A DNA stretch of 64,000 bases from an uncultured delta proteobacterium (GTDB lineage Bacteria > Desulfobacterota > Binatia > Binatales > Binataceae): assembly GCA_963711565.1 (NCBI GenBank), contig CAVQEQ010000003.1:32001-96000 (forward strand), given 5' to 3'. The position numbers and the translations under genes were made by a program. Position 1 is the stretch's first letter. Each line of letters starts with the position of its first letter. The notes beneath the pieces were generated by a model that did not search any database, was not told the origin of the DNA, and saw only the letters and a program-made list of their open reading frames with translations. This document shows, in pieces, positions 48,439 to 58,437 of this stretch.

Positions 48439-49962
48439 CTAGGTCGCGGCGACTTCGGCCAGCGCGATCGGGCCGGCGGCGATCGCGGGAACGTAGTAGG
48501 CCTCGGGCGAGCCCCACACTGTGGCCGGACGCGGGCGCGCTCCAACCGCGAGCGGATGTTCGAAGACCTGCGCGATGTTCGCGTTGATGCGCAAACAGTT
48601 GGGCGCGAGCGGCTCGGCGATTTTGCCGCCGCGAATAATGTACGAATCGCCGGTGACGGTGCAGGTGAAATCTCCCGCGCGCTGGCCGTTGATCGGATAG
48701 GTGTACCAGATTCGGCCGACGTAGATTCCGTCGCCGACAGTGCGCACCAGTTCACGGTCTGCGACTCCGCCGCGTGCGCGCATCACGACGTTGGTCCCCG
48801 CCGAGCCGGGACTCGCGTCGAAGCGCCGCCCGCCGCCTTCGCCGAGCCGGTAGCCACTCAGCGGAGGGAAGTCGAGTTTCGCGGGCGCGCTGGCGCCAAG
48901 TTTCTCGGCGCGATGCTCGTCGGTGAGCAGACGATGAGTATCGTAGAAATTCGAGAGCAAGCCGACGAGCTTACCATCGCGAATCAATTCAACACGGCGC
49001 GTGGGGATTCCTTCACAGGTTATTCGACGACGAATCGCACCCGCGCCAAACGCCGGGTCGTCAGCGAGGCTCAGGCGGGAATCCATCACGGCCGCACCCA
49101 ATCTCGCGTGGTAGGCGGAACTGGCCGCGTGAAACGAGCCCGTGGTCAGCGAGCCCATCACCATGTAGTTGAGAATCTCGGCAATCGGCTGGGGTCCGAG
49201 CACGACGCGGAATTTTCCCGCCGCCGGCCGCGCGCCGTCAGACAGAGCAAGCGCACGGCGGACGGCATCGCGGCCGATCACGCGCGCGGCGCGGCGCATC
49301 GAGGCGGCAGAGTCGCCAATCGCGCCGGCCGTCCCCTTGGCGTCGAGCGATTCGATTATCGAAGTGACGGACGCGTTGAAATGCGCGCTCTCGTCGGTAC
49401 GAACTTCGGCGAAATTTGAATTGAAAATCGCGATTCGATCGCGAATCACCGACACGTCGCCACCGATGATTAGACCGGGATGTTCAGTTCGCCGGTTCGC
49501 GGGCCGTCTCGCGAATGCGGCCAGCGCGCCGTCCAGCACATCCCACGCGGCGGCGGCGATCGCGCCGTCTTCTACTCTCGCCAGATCGCTTTTCTCGGAT
49601 GGGGCGAGCTTACGGTCGAGCGGGACCGCCGGGAAGCCGTTGCAATGCGGATCGACGACGGCGGCGCTGCGTGCGCGGCGGAGCGCGCCGCGGACGGAGT
49701 CTGCGGTGAAATCTCCCGCTTCGAATGCCGCGCCCACTTCGTGCGGATCGCGGCGCATCGCCACCCGCACCTGGAAGCCGTCGGCATGAAGCGACTTGAA
49801 CTCCTCGAGGCCGCGGCTCGGAATGTCGGAGGTGCAGTTGAGGCGCGCGATTCGGTGCTCCGCAGTGGCGCAATAAACTTCGTAGCTCGCGAGGTCGCTC
49901 TCGCGCGCGAGAATGCGCGCCGCCTCTCGCGTGAAGGACTTGAGTTCCGCGAGCGATCGCAT
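48439..49962 (-). CDS. pmbA: TldE/PmbA family protein
   Basis: EGIPTRRVELIRDGKL, GDFT; no HExxxH; follows tldD. Confidence 0.8.
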   Translation of the reverse strand: MRSLAELKSFTREAARILARESDLASYEVYCATAEHRIARLNCTSDIPSRGLEEFKSLHADGFQVRVAMRRDPHEVGAAFEAGDFTADSVRGALRRARSAAVVDPHCNGFPAVPLDRKLAPSEKSDLARVEDGAIAAAAWDVLDGALAAFARRPANRRTEHPGLIIGGDVSVIRDRIAIFNSNFAEVRTDESAHFNASVTSIIESLDAKGTAGAIGDSAASMRRAARVIGRDAVRRALALSDGARPAAGKFRVVLGPQPIAEILNYMVMGSLTTGSFHAASSAYHARLGAAVMDSRLSLADDPAFGAGAIRRRITCEGIPTRRVELIRDGKLVGLLSNFYDTHRLLTDEHRAEKLGASAPAKLDFPPLSGYRLGEGGGRRFDASPGSAGTNVVMRARGGVADRELVRTVGDGIYVGRIWYTYPINGQRAGDFTCTVTGDSYIIRGGKIAEPLAPNCLRINANIAQVFEHPLAVGARPRPATVWGSPEAYYVPAIAAGPIALAEVAAT

Positions 49963-51542
49963 CAGCTGCCCGCCAGCCGCGCGCGCGAGCGCAACGTCGG
50001 CCCGCCGTTGGACATCCGCTTCACCTGCATCGGCTGCCCCTTGCCGCAGGTCGGAATCGCGATCAGCCGCAGATCGTTGCCGACCGCATCGACGTTGGTG
50101 AAGAAGCTCTTCGAGTCAGCGATTACGCTACCCGAGCGATAGAGGCGCCCGATTTGTCCGCGATCGATTTCGTAAACGCGACGCGCCGAGATTCGAAAAT
50201 TCTCGCGCGACTCCGAGATCGACGGAATCTGATGACCACAGACGTAGTAGCCGTGCTCGACATCGGCGATAATTTTTTCGGGCGGAGTTTCACCCGGGAG
50301 GAAGAACGTGTTGGACATTCTGATCAGCGGCACGTGCCATCCTTCGCTCGCACGCGCCGAGCCGTTGGGCTCCGCGCCCAGCACCGCGGCGGTCGCGCGC
50401 GAATTCAAGAAGCCGCCGAAGATGCCGCGCTCGATATGCATCACGCGCCGCCCGCGCGTGCCTTCGTGGTCGTAGCGATAGTGACCGTAGCCGTCGAGGC
50501 TTGGATCCGAGCACGCTGACAGCAGCGGCGATGCGACCAGTTTTCCCAACTGATTGTCCGCGAGCGAGCGCAGAAACCAACTCCGTCCCGCATAAGCAGC
50601 TTCCATCTTGAGCGCGCGATCTGCCTCGCACGGATGGCCGATCACTTCGTGCGAGACGAGCGCGTTGAAATGCGGATCGGTCACAACGACGACTTCCCCC
50701 TCGGGAGCCTTGAGGACGGGAGCGGCGGCAAGCTCGCGCGCCTCGGTGGCAAGGTTGACGCAAAACTTCGCCAGCGACGGATTCGGCATCAGCTCGCCGC
50801 GCCATCCGTCGCTCAAGCATTCGAGTCCGCGTTGCTGTCCAATCGAGTCGTAACTTTCCTGGTGGCCGTCGCCGATTTGCGCGACGACATAGCAGTCGCC
50901 CTGCGAAAACGCGTACGCCTGCGACACGACGGTGCCATTGGTGTCGATGAATATCTCGCGGCGCAACTCGGTCATCGCGGCAATACCCTGGTAGGCGATC
51001 GCATCGCCGAGTGCGGCGACCTCGTGCGACGCATCGAGCGAGATCTTCTTGAGCTCGTCGGTCGAGAGTGAGCGCGGATCGCGGCGAAAGTTCGGTTCAA
51101 CGTCGTCGCAAACCTTATCGCGCGACGGAATCGGCGCGACAAACAGACCTTTTGCAGCGTCACCAAGGTGCGCGATGAGTTCGGCTTTCTTGCGCGCACT
51201 GAAACGCGCGCGATCGTAAGCCTCGTCGAGCCCGCGCCGCAGTTCTGCGACGAGTTTTGCCGGACGCCCCGCGAGCGCGCCAATTTCCGCGCCGGTTTGG
51301 CCGTGTCCGATCGGGCCAGCTCGGTCGGCGACATGAACCGAGACAAAATACGCGGCATTCTCGCTCTCGGAGCCATCGCGCGGCTTGCCATTTACCGCGG
51401 CGCCCGAGCGGTTGAAGACCACCTCGAAGCGAAGATCGGCATACACCACGCCGCGCTTCGAGCGCGCGAAGCGCGCGAGTATGCCCTCGCCTTCTCGGCG
51501 CAGGTACTCGATCGCCTCGAACGGATCGCCGCGTCCTAGCAA
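49962..51542 (-). CDS. tldD: TldD family metalloprotease
   Basis: HEVIGHPCEAD, YDHEGT, RMSNTF, CGKGQP; probable TTG start at 51542. Confidence 0.88.
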   Translation of the reverse strand: MLGRGDPFEAIEYLRREGEGILARFARSKRGVVYADLRFEVVFNRSGAAVNGKPRDGSESENAAYFVSVHVADRAGPIGHGQTGAEIGALAGRPAKLVAELRRGLDEAYDRARFSARKKAELIAHLGDAAKGLFVAPIPSRDKVCDDVEPNFRRDPRSLSTDELKKISLDASHEVAALGDAIAYQGIAAMTELRREIFIDTNGTVVSQAYAFSQGDCYVVAQIGDGHQESYDSIGQQRGLECLSDGWRGELMPNPSLAKFCVNLATEARELAAAPVLKAPEGEVVVVTDPHFNALVSHEVIGHPCEADRALKMEAAYAGRSWFLRSLADNQLGKLVASPLLSACSDPSLDGYGHYRYDHEGTRGRRVMHIERGIFGGFLNSRATAAVLGAEPNGSARASEGWHVPLIRMSNTFFLPGETPPEKIIADVEHGYYVCGHQIPSISESRENFRISARRVYEIDRGQIGRLYRSGSVIADSKSFFTNVDAVGNDLRLIAIPTCGKGQPMQVKRMSNGGPTLRSRARLAGS

Positions 51543-51553
51543 GAGAGCCGCAT

Positions 51554-52750
51554 CTAGATGATGCCTTCGCGCTTGAGATCTTCGAGCTGGCCGGCGCCGA
51601 GTCCGAGCAACTCGCCGTAGACGTCGGCGTTGTGCTGGCCCAGTAGCGGCGCGGCGGTCACTTCGACCGGTGAATCTTCGAGTCGTACCGGACATCCCGG
51701 CATCGTGAAGTCGCCGCGCACCGGATGTTTGATCGTGACGATCATGCCGCGCTGCTTAAGATGCGGATCGTTCAACAGCTCGACGCTGTCGAGCACGGCG
51801 CCGCACGGGACGCCGGCCTCGCCAAGGATCCGCATCACCTCGTACTTGGTGTGGCGTCCCGTCCATTCGTTGATCATCGCGGTCAGCGCCTCGACGTTCT
51901 TCGCCCGGTTCCGTCCTACGAACCGTTCGTCGCTCAGGATCTCGGGATGCCCAATCACTTCGCACAGGCTCACGAACATCTCGGGCGAGGTGCACAGGAT
52001 GTAGCAATAATCGTTGTCGCCGCCGGGTGCGCACTTGTAGATGTCGCCCGGACCGCCGCCGCCGACGCGGTTGCCGCTGCGCGGCGTGGGTTTGTGCGTG
52101 ACGTACGTACCCATCATCGGGACGCGCACGAAGTTCAGCACCGCTTCCTGCATCGCGACTTCGACCTTCTGCCCCTTGCCTGTCCGTTCGCGCTGGATAT
52201 ACGCGGCGAGCACGCCGACCGCCGCATGCATCCCGGTGCCGGTGTCGCCGATCGTCGGCCCGGGCTTGAGCGGCGGCGAACCGGGAAAGCCGGTCAACGC
52301 CATCGCGCCGCCCGACGCCTGCGCAATCATGTCGAAGCTTTTGTACTTGCTATACGGGCCGTGCGTGCCGAAGCCCTTGATGGTCAGGTAGATGAGGCGC
52401 GGATTTATTTCGCGCAGGCGATCGTAGCCGAGGCCGAGGCCTTCGAGTGTGCCGAGCGAAAAATTTTCCGTCAGCATATCGACTTGCTTGACCAGGTCGA
52501 TGAACATCGCGCGGCCCTTCTCGCTCTTGAGGTTGAGCGTGATCCCGCGTTTGTTGGCATTGAGCAAAATGAAGTAGTAGGAATCGACGCCCTGCTTCTC
52601 GGTGAGCAGCCAGCGCCCCTGCTCGCCCATTTTCGGCGACTCGACTTTGATAACGTCGGCGCCGAGCCACGCGAGCATCTCTGTGCAAGAGGTGCCCGCC
52701 TCGAACTGCGTCATGTCCAGAACCTTGACCCCGCTCAGCGCCTTTTCCAT
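51554..52750 (-). CDS. Class III CoA-transferase (CaiB/BaiF, formyl-CoA transferase-like)
   Basis: LSGVKVLDMTQFEAG, LGADVIKVE, NANKRG, GDTGTG, APLLGQHN. Confidence 0.93.
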   Translation of the reverse strand: MEKALSGVKVLDMTQFEAGTSCTEMLAWLGADVIKVESPKMGEQGRWLLTEKQGVDSYYFILLNANKRGITLNLKSEKGRAMFIDLVKQVDMLTENFSLGTLEGLGLGYDRLREINPRLIYLTIKGFGTHGPYSKYKSFDMIAQASGGAMALTGFPGSPPLKPGPTIGDTGTGMHAAVGVLAAYIQRERTGKGQKVEVAMQEAVLNFVRVPMMGTYVTHKPTPRSGNRVGGGGPGDIYKCAPGGDNDYCYILCTSPEMFVSLCEVIGHPEILSDERFVGRNRAKNVEALTAMINEWTGRHTKYEVMRILGEAGVPCGAVLDSVELLNDPHLKQRGMIVTIKHPVRGDFTMPGCPVRLEDSPVEVTAAPLLGQHNADVYGELLGLGAGQLEDLKREGII

Positions 52751-52874
52751 TACGATTCTCCCTCCGCTTACAGCTACCTGATCTAGCGCCGGCAGCGAAG
52801 CGGCGGCAAGCCTCGAAGCGCGACTGGGGTTAAGTCTTTAATCGCGGTCTGGTAGAGATCATGATGAACAGGCA

Positions 52875-54008
52875 ATGGCAGAGACCGCACTATCGAAGCT
52901 CGCGCGAATCCGCGAGGAACTGAACCGGATGTTCCTCGAACGAATCGATCTGATCGATGGCGCAATCGTCGCGATGCTGTCGGCAAATCACGTGCTGATA
53001 ATCGGGCCGCCGGGAACGGCGAAGTCGATGCTGGCCGACGAGCTCTGCCGCCGAATCGAGGGTGCGAACTATTTCCAGTGGCTGCTGACGAAGTTCAGTA
53101 CGCCGGAGGAAATTTTCGGCGCGGTCAGCCTGAAGGGACTCGAGGAAGACGACTACCGGCGCGTCACGACCCACAAATTGCCCGAGGCGCACATCGCGTT
53201 CCTCGACGAAATCTTCAAGGCTAACTCCTCGATCCTCAACGCGCTGTTGACGATTATCAACGAGCGGATTTTCCACAACGGACGTGGACGCGTTGCGGTG
53301 CCTCTGATCACGATGTTCGGCGCGTCCAACGAACTGCCCGACGAGGACGAGCTGACTGCGCTCTACGATCGCTTCATGCTGCGCTTCATGGTCGATTACG
53401 TCACCGAGGAACACGGCTTTATCCGCATGATGGCCGGCGGTCCGGAACGCGCGCGCACGACGCTGCAATTTGCGGAACTAGACGAGCTGCGCGCGACGGT
53501 GGCGGCAGTCACGGTGCCGGGGCCGATCCTCGAGGCGATCGCGCAAATTCGACGCGAGCTCGCGCGCGAGCAAATCGTCGTCTCGGATCGGCGCTGGAAA
53601 AACTCGCTCGGCATTTTGCGCGCGCACGCTATCCTTGTCGGACGCACCGCGGTGACCGAAGACGATCTGATGTTCCTCGCGCACGTGTTGTGGAAAGATC
53701 CAGAGGAACGGCCGAAGGTAGTGGAAGCGCTGCGGCGAATCGTGCGCGGCTACGAGGACAAGCTGCAGGAGCTGGTATTCGAGAGCCGCGAGCTGCGCGA
53801 ATATGCCGAGGGGGCGTGGGAGAGTGAGGAGCTGCGGCGGCGCGCGCTGACCGAAGCGAACGCGAAGCTCGCGAATATCGCGGCGCGCTTCGACGTGCTG
53901 TTGAAAGAAGCGTCGGACTCGGGCCGGGCGATTGCGAATGCGGAGCGGATGCGCGTCGAGGTCAAGGATATTCAGCAAGCCGTGTTCCGCAGAAGCGTCG
54001 GCGATTAG
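52875..54008 (+). CDS. RavA/MoxR-type AAA+ ATPase
   Basis: GPPGTAKS, LTKFSTPEEIFG, FLDEIFKANSSILN, ASNELP, LYDRF, SDRRW. Confidence 0.9.
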   Translation: MAETALSKLARIREELNRMFLERIDLIDGAIVAMLSANHVLIIGPPGTAKSMLADELCRRIEGANYFQWLLTKFSTPEEIFGAVSLKGLEEDDYRRVTTHKLPEAHIAFLDEIFKANSSILNALLTIINERIFHNGRGRVAVPLITMFGASNELPDEDELTALYDRFMLRFMVDYVTEEHGFIRMMAGGPERARTTLQFAELDELRATVAAVTVPGPILEAIAQIRRELAREQIVVSDRRWKNSLGILRAHAILVGRTAVTEDDLMFLAHVLWKDPEERPKVVEALRRIVRGYEDKLQELVFESRELREYAEGAWESEELRRRALTEANAKLANIAARFDVLLKEASDSGRAIANAERMRVEVKDIQQAVFRRSVGD

Positions 54009-54010
54009 AA

Positions 54011-54784
54011 ATGCCCCTCGAGGAATCAACGCCTGCAATCGTACTTCGCGCGCGCGACTACGCCGAGTCAGATCGAATCGTCACGCTGCTGACGCTTAAC
54101 GCGGGCAAGCTCAGCGGAATCGCGAAGGGCGCCAAAGCGTCGCGTCATCGCTTCGAGCGCAAGCTCGAACCGTTTTCGCACGTCGTCCTGCACTATCGAC
54201 GCCGCCCCCACGGGCAGTTGGTGTTTATCACACGGGCCGAAGCCGCCGACCTGACGCAGCACGTGGTCAACGACGACCTCGCGAAGATCGCGCTCGGCAG
54301 CTACATGCTCGAACTCACCGACGCGCTGACCACCGAGGAGAGCGAAGCGGCCGAGGCGTATCGCGTGCTGTCGGAAGGGCTCGGCGCGCTCAGCACGAGA
54401 TTCGCGGACGCCGCGCTGCGCCAGGCCTTCGAGATGCGGCTGCTGGGATGGGCAGGCTTCGGACTCGAGTTCACGCGCTGCCGAATTTGCGCGACGGTCA
54501 ACGGCGACAATGGCGCGACGGTTTACTTCGTCGTGTCGCGCGGCGGGGTCGTATGCTCGAAATGCCGGCCGTCGGTGGCCGAGGGCGCGATCAAGCTGTC
54601 GAGCAGGGGCGCCGCAATCCTCGCGCGACTGGGCAGGTTGCCGATGGACGATTCGCCCGGCTCGGAGGCGGCAGGTCCGGACGGCGCACTCGCGCTGGCA
54701 CGGTTCATCGGATCGATCGTCGATCGGCGGCTGCGCAGCCAGGAATTCCTCGATTCAGTTTTGCCGGGCGCGGGAAAAGCCTGA
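54011..54784 (+). CDS. recO: DNA repair protein RecO
   Basis: YAESDRIVTLLT, GIAKGAK.SR.RF, LEPFS, CxxC...CxxC zinc finger. Confidence 0.93.
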   Translation: MPLEESTPAIVLRARDYAESDRIVTLLTLNAGKLSGIAKGAKASRHRFERKLEPFSHVVLHYRRRPHGQLVFITRAEAADLTQHVVNDDLAKIALGSYMLELTDALTTEESEAAEAYRVLSEGLGALSTRFADAALRQAFEMRLLGWAGFGLEFTRCRICATVNGDNGATVYFVVSRGGVVCSKCRPSVAEGAIKLSSRGAAILARLGRLPMDDSPGSEAAGPDGALALARFIGSIVDRRLRSQEFLDSVLPGAGKA

Positions 54785-54787
54785 AGA

Positions 54788-55390
54788 TCATCCGCCGGTT
54801 TCGCGGGCCGGCGATTCTCCATACACCACTTCGGGTTCGCGGTAGCGGCCGCCACGATGCTCGATCACGACGATGCCGCAATTCGGCGGCACATGCGCGT
54901 TTTCCCACTTGCCGGTAACGTGCGCCCACACCGCTCGCATCACGCCGCCGTGACTGACGATCACGATCTCATCATCGGGATATTTTGCGGCGACGCGATC
55001 GAGCACTGGCGCCACGCGCTTGAGAACATCCTCATGACTCTCGCCGTTGGGCGCGCGCCATACCCATGAACGCCTCGGATCGAAGGTGGAATCGTTGGCG
55101 ATCGATTCGTACGGCTGCCCCGCGAGGTCGCCGAGACTTTGCTCACGGAACTCCGCCTCGTATTCGATCGGGATGCCGAGTTCCGCCGCGATGATGAGTC
55201 CGGTTTCGCGCGCGCGCGCGAAGGTGCTGGCAATCACGCGAATCGGCTGAAACATCAACTTGATTTTCTGCGCTGCTTCGAGCGCCTGGCGGCGGCCGAG
55301 ATCCGTGATTTTCGCTTCGCCCGAGGTGGTGAAGCGCCGAATCGCGTTGCCCTCGCTCTCGCCGTGACGAACCATTATCAGCTTGCCCAT
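54788..55390 (-). CDS. Histidine phosphatase family protein
   Basis: VRHGES, RARETG, GESHED, VSHGG. Confidence 0.9.
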   Translation of the reverse strand: MGKLIMVRHGESEGNAIRRFTTSGEAKITDLGRRQALEAAQKIKLMFQPIRVIASTFARARETGLIIAAELGIPIEYEAEFREQSLGDLAGQPYESIANDSTFDPRRSWVWRAPNGESHEDVLKRVAPVLDRVAAKYPDDEIVIVSHGGVMRAVWAHVTGKWENAHVPPNCGIVVIEHRGGRYREPEVVYGESPARETGG

Positions 55391-55446
55391 GGAGTCAAAA
55401 TTTTCTCCGAACATTAAGTTTGGTGCGAACGAAACGATACCGCGCT

Positions 55447-56223
55447 TCAAGTCTTGGGCTTGTCGTCTCCGCCGCCGGCTTTTGCGAAGCCGCGGAAGGC
55501 TTCGAACAGATCTATCGGCAGCGGGAAGACGGTCGTCGAGTTGTGATCGGTCGCGATCTCCTTGAGCGTCTGCAAGTAGCGAAGCTGGAGCGTGATCGGA
55601 CTTTTGCTCATAACCACCGCCGCGTCCGCGAGCCGCTGCGACGCCTGAAATTCACCTTCTGCCGCGATCACCTTGGCGCGGCGCTCGCGCTCGGCTTCGG
55701 CCTGCGCCGCGATCGCGCGCTGCATGTCCTGGGGCAGATCGATATTCTTCAGTTCGACCAGGGTGACCTTCACGCCCCACGGCTCGGTTTGCGAATCCAC
55801 TATTTCCTGGATGCGCGCGTTGAGCTTGTCGCGCTGGCTGAGCAGTTCGTCGAGCTCAGTCTGCCCGCCGACGGAGCGCAACGTGGTCTGCGCGAGTTGC
55901 ATCGTTGCGAACAGGTAGTTCGCCACCTCGGTCACGGCGCGCGAAGGATCGACCACGCGAAAATACAGCACCGCGCTCACCTTGACGGTGACGTTGTCTT
56001 TGGTGATGACGTCCTGCGCGGGGATGTCGAGCGTCACCGTCCGCAGATCGATCCGCGCCATCCGCTCGAGCACGGGAATCACGAAAATCACGCCCGGCCC
56101 GCGATAAGGCGTGAGGCGGCCGAGACGAAAGACCACGCCGCGCTCGTACTCGTTGAGCACCTTGAGCCCGCTGATAATAAAGATTGCGCCGATGAAGACG
56201 ACTATGCCGATTCCGCTCGCCAT
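55447..56223 (-). CDS. Slipin/stomatin (SPFH) family protein
   Basis: [39 protein letters not shown]. Confidence 0.95.
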   Translation of the reverse strand: MASGIGIVVFIGAIFIISGLKVLNEYERGVVFRLGRLTPYRGPGVIFVIPVLERMARIDLRTVTLDIPAQDVITKDNVTVKVSAVLYFRVVDPSRAVTEVANYLFATMQLAQTTLRSVGGQTELDELLSQRDKLNARIQEIVDSQTEPWGVKVTLVELKNIDLPQDMQRAIAAQAEAERERRAKVIAAEGEFQASQRLADAAVVMSKSPITLQLRYLQTLKEIATDHNSTTVFPLPIDLFEAFRGFAKAGGGDDKPKT

Positions 56224-56305
56224 CGCGATTCTCCTTCGCCCCCAATGCGCCCGAGGCGTGTCGATACCCTGCGCTATCTTCGAGCGCTACGCCACCTGCT
56301 GGACT

Positions 56306-57640
56306 TCACGCCAACTTCTGCACTTGCAATTCCAAACCGTTGATCGACTTGACGCGGGCGCGCGCGCCGGGGCTGAGCGCGTCGGCGCTGACGGCGCGCC
56401 AAATCTCGCCATGCACAAATACTTTGCCGGGCGTGCCGGGAGCGATCGCCTCACGCACCTCGCCAACCTCGCCGACGATGCCTTCCGCGCCGGTGGTCGA
56501 GCGCGTGCGGCGCTCGCGCGCCACGATATATCCGATGCCGAGAATAATCACGGTCAGCGCGGTGGCGGCGCCATAGATAATGTCGCGATTAACCGCCAAG
56601 TCGGTCTTCGACGTATCGATAAAAAATAGAGAGCCGATGACGAACGCGGTGACTCCGCCCAAGCCGAGGATTCCGTAGCTGGTGACGAAGGCTTCGGAGA
56701 TCAGCATACCGACGCCGAGAAAAATCAACAGCAAACCGGTCAGGTTCACGGGCAGCACCTGGAACGAGGCGAGCGCGAGGAGCAGGCAAATCGCGCCGGC
56801 GACGCCGGGAAAGATCACACCGGGATGCGCGAACTCGAAGTAGAGGCCGATCAATCCTGCCATCAGCAGCAAATAGACGATGTTGGGATCGGCCAGCACG
56901 TTGAGCAGTTGTTGGCCGGGCGTCATTCGCGCGCGGCGCACCGTCGCGTCGGCCAGCGCAAGCGTCACGGTATGTCCCGCGACCTGGACCTTGCGGCCGG
57001 TGGCCTGGGTCAGCAGACTGCGCAGGTCCGGCGCGACGATGTCGATGACGTTCTTCGCCAGCGCCTCGCGCTCGCCGATCGCGATGCTGTGGCGGACCGC
57101 CTGCTCGACCCAGTCTTCGTTGCGGCCGCGCTGTTGCGCGATCGTGCGCGCGAAGGTCGCGGTGAAGTTCTCGACCTTTTCACCCATCGTGCCCTTAATG
57201 TCTCCGCCGCCCTCCTCCACCGGATGCGCCGCACCAATCGTTGTTCCCGGCGCCATCGCGGCCACATTAGCCGCTTCGGTAATGAAGGTGCCGGCCGACG
57301 CGGCGCTGGCGCCCGACGGCGCGACGTAAACGATCACCGGTATAGACGCGGCCAGGATAGCCTTGACGATCTTTTCCGCGGAGTTGAGCAGACCGCCCGG
57401 CGTGTCGAGCTCGATCACCAACGCGCTGGCGCCGTCCGCATTTGCCGACGCCAGCGAATCTTCGATGTAGGACGCAGTGGCGGGATTGATCGATCCGTCA
57501 ATCGTGATCAGTTCGACCCACGGCGGAGTCGCGACTGTTTTCGCGGTCGCGTCGGCGGCAAGGATTCCCCGCGATGCAAATGCCGCAGTCGCTATCGCGA
57601 ACGCCGCGACTACGAAAACGAATCTTAAGCGCGCGCTCAC
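56306..57640 (-). CDS. nfeD: NfeD membrane-bound serine protease (long form)
   Basis: LDTPGG, AASAG, GAAHPV, HGEIW; GTG start overlaps the udg stop. Confidence 0.92.
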   Translation of the reverse strand: MSARLRFVFVVAAFAIATAAFASRGILAADATAKTVATPPWVELITIDGSINPATASYIEDSLASANADGASALVIELDTPGGLLNSAEKIVKAILAASIPVIVYVAPSGASAASAGTFITEAANVAAMAPGTTIGAAHPVEEGGGDIKGTMGEKVENFTATFARTIAQQRGRNEDWVEQAVRHSIAIGEREALAKNVIDIVAPDLRSLLTQATGRKVQVAGHTVTLALADATVRRARMTPGQQLLNVLADPNIVYLLLMAGLIGLYFEFAHPGVIFPGVAGAICLLLALASFQVLPVNLTGLLLIFLGVGMLISEAFVTSYGILGLGGVTAFVIGSLFFIDTSKTDLAVNRDIIYGAATALTVIILGIGYIVARERRTRSTTGAEGIVGEVGEVREAIAPGTPGKVFVHGEIWRAVSADALSPGARARVKSINGLELQVQKLA

Positions 57641-58431
57641 GACGCGGAACCACCGCGCCGCGGAATCGGCATCCCGAGATATTTCATCACTTCCTGAATG
57701 TCGGCCCATACCAGCCGCTTGTCGCCGGGCGTGCGCAGCAGGTATGCGGGATGAAACGTGGGCATGAATCGAATGCCGCGGAAATCTTGCCAGTTGCCGC
57801 GAAGCTTGCTGATTGGAATTTTCACCTTGAGTACCGCCTGCACGGCGAATGTCCCCAGCCCGACAATCGCGCGGGGGCGCACGATATCAATTTGGCGAAA
57901 CAGAAACGGCTCGCACGCAGCGACTTCGTCGGGCTCGGGATTTCGATTGTCGGGCGGGCGGCACTTGATCACGTTGCAGATGTACACGTCGGCGCGGCTG
58001 ATCCCCATGCCGCGCTCGATGATGTCCGTCAGCAACTGACCCGCGCGTCCCACGAACGGCTCCCCGCGAGCGTCCTCGTCGGCGCCGGGCGCCTCGCCAA
58101 CGAACATCAACTGCGCGTTGGGATTACCCACGCCGAAAACAAGATTAGTGCGGCGCCGCGCGAGCTTGCATCGCTGGCAATCGCCGATGAACTCGCGCAA
58201 CTCGTCGAGCGTCGAAGTCTTTTCGAGGCCGGGATATTTCGAGAACAGTTCGCTCGGTATCGGCGCGGCGTCAGGTTTGATCGAGGCGGGAGCCGACGCG
58301 GCGGGCGTCGCGCGTGGCGTCGGAGACGCGGACGCCGGAAGACCTTCCATGCCCTCTTCGCGCAACTGCTCGACGTAGTCGCGAATCGTGGCGACGATCG
58401 TGCGGCGATCCGGCGGCGATGACGCGTCCAT
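57637..58431 (-). CDS. Uracil-DNA glycosylase family 4
   Basis: CQRC, GEAPG, FVGRAG, KCRPP.NR, FHPAY. Confidence 0.95.
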   Translation of the reverse strand: MDASSPPDRRTIVATIRDYVEQLREEGMEGLPASASPTPRATPAASAPASIKPDAAPIPSELFSKYPGLEKTSTLDELREFIGDCQRCKLARRRTNLVFGVGNPNAQLMFVGEAPGADEDARGEPFVGRAGQLLTDIIERGMGISRADVYICNVIKCRPPDNRNPEPDEVAACEPFLFRQIDIVRPRAIVGLGTFAVQAVLKVKIPISKLRGNWQDFRGIRFMPTFHPAYLLRTPGDKRLVWADIQEVMKYLGMPIPRRGGSAS

Positions 58432-58437
58432 TGAGAA

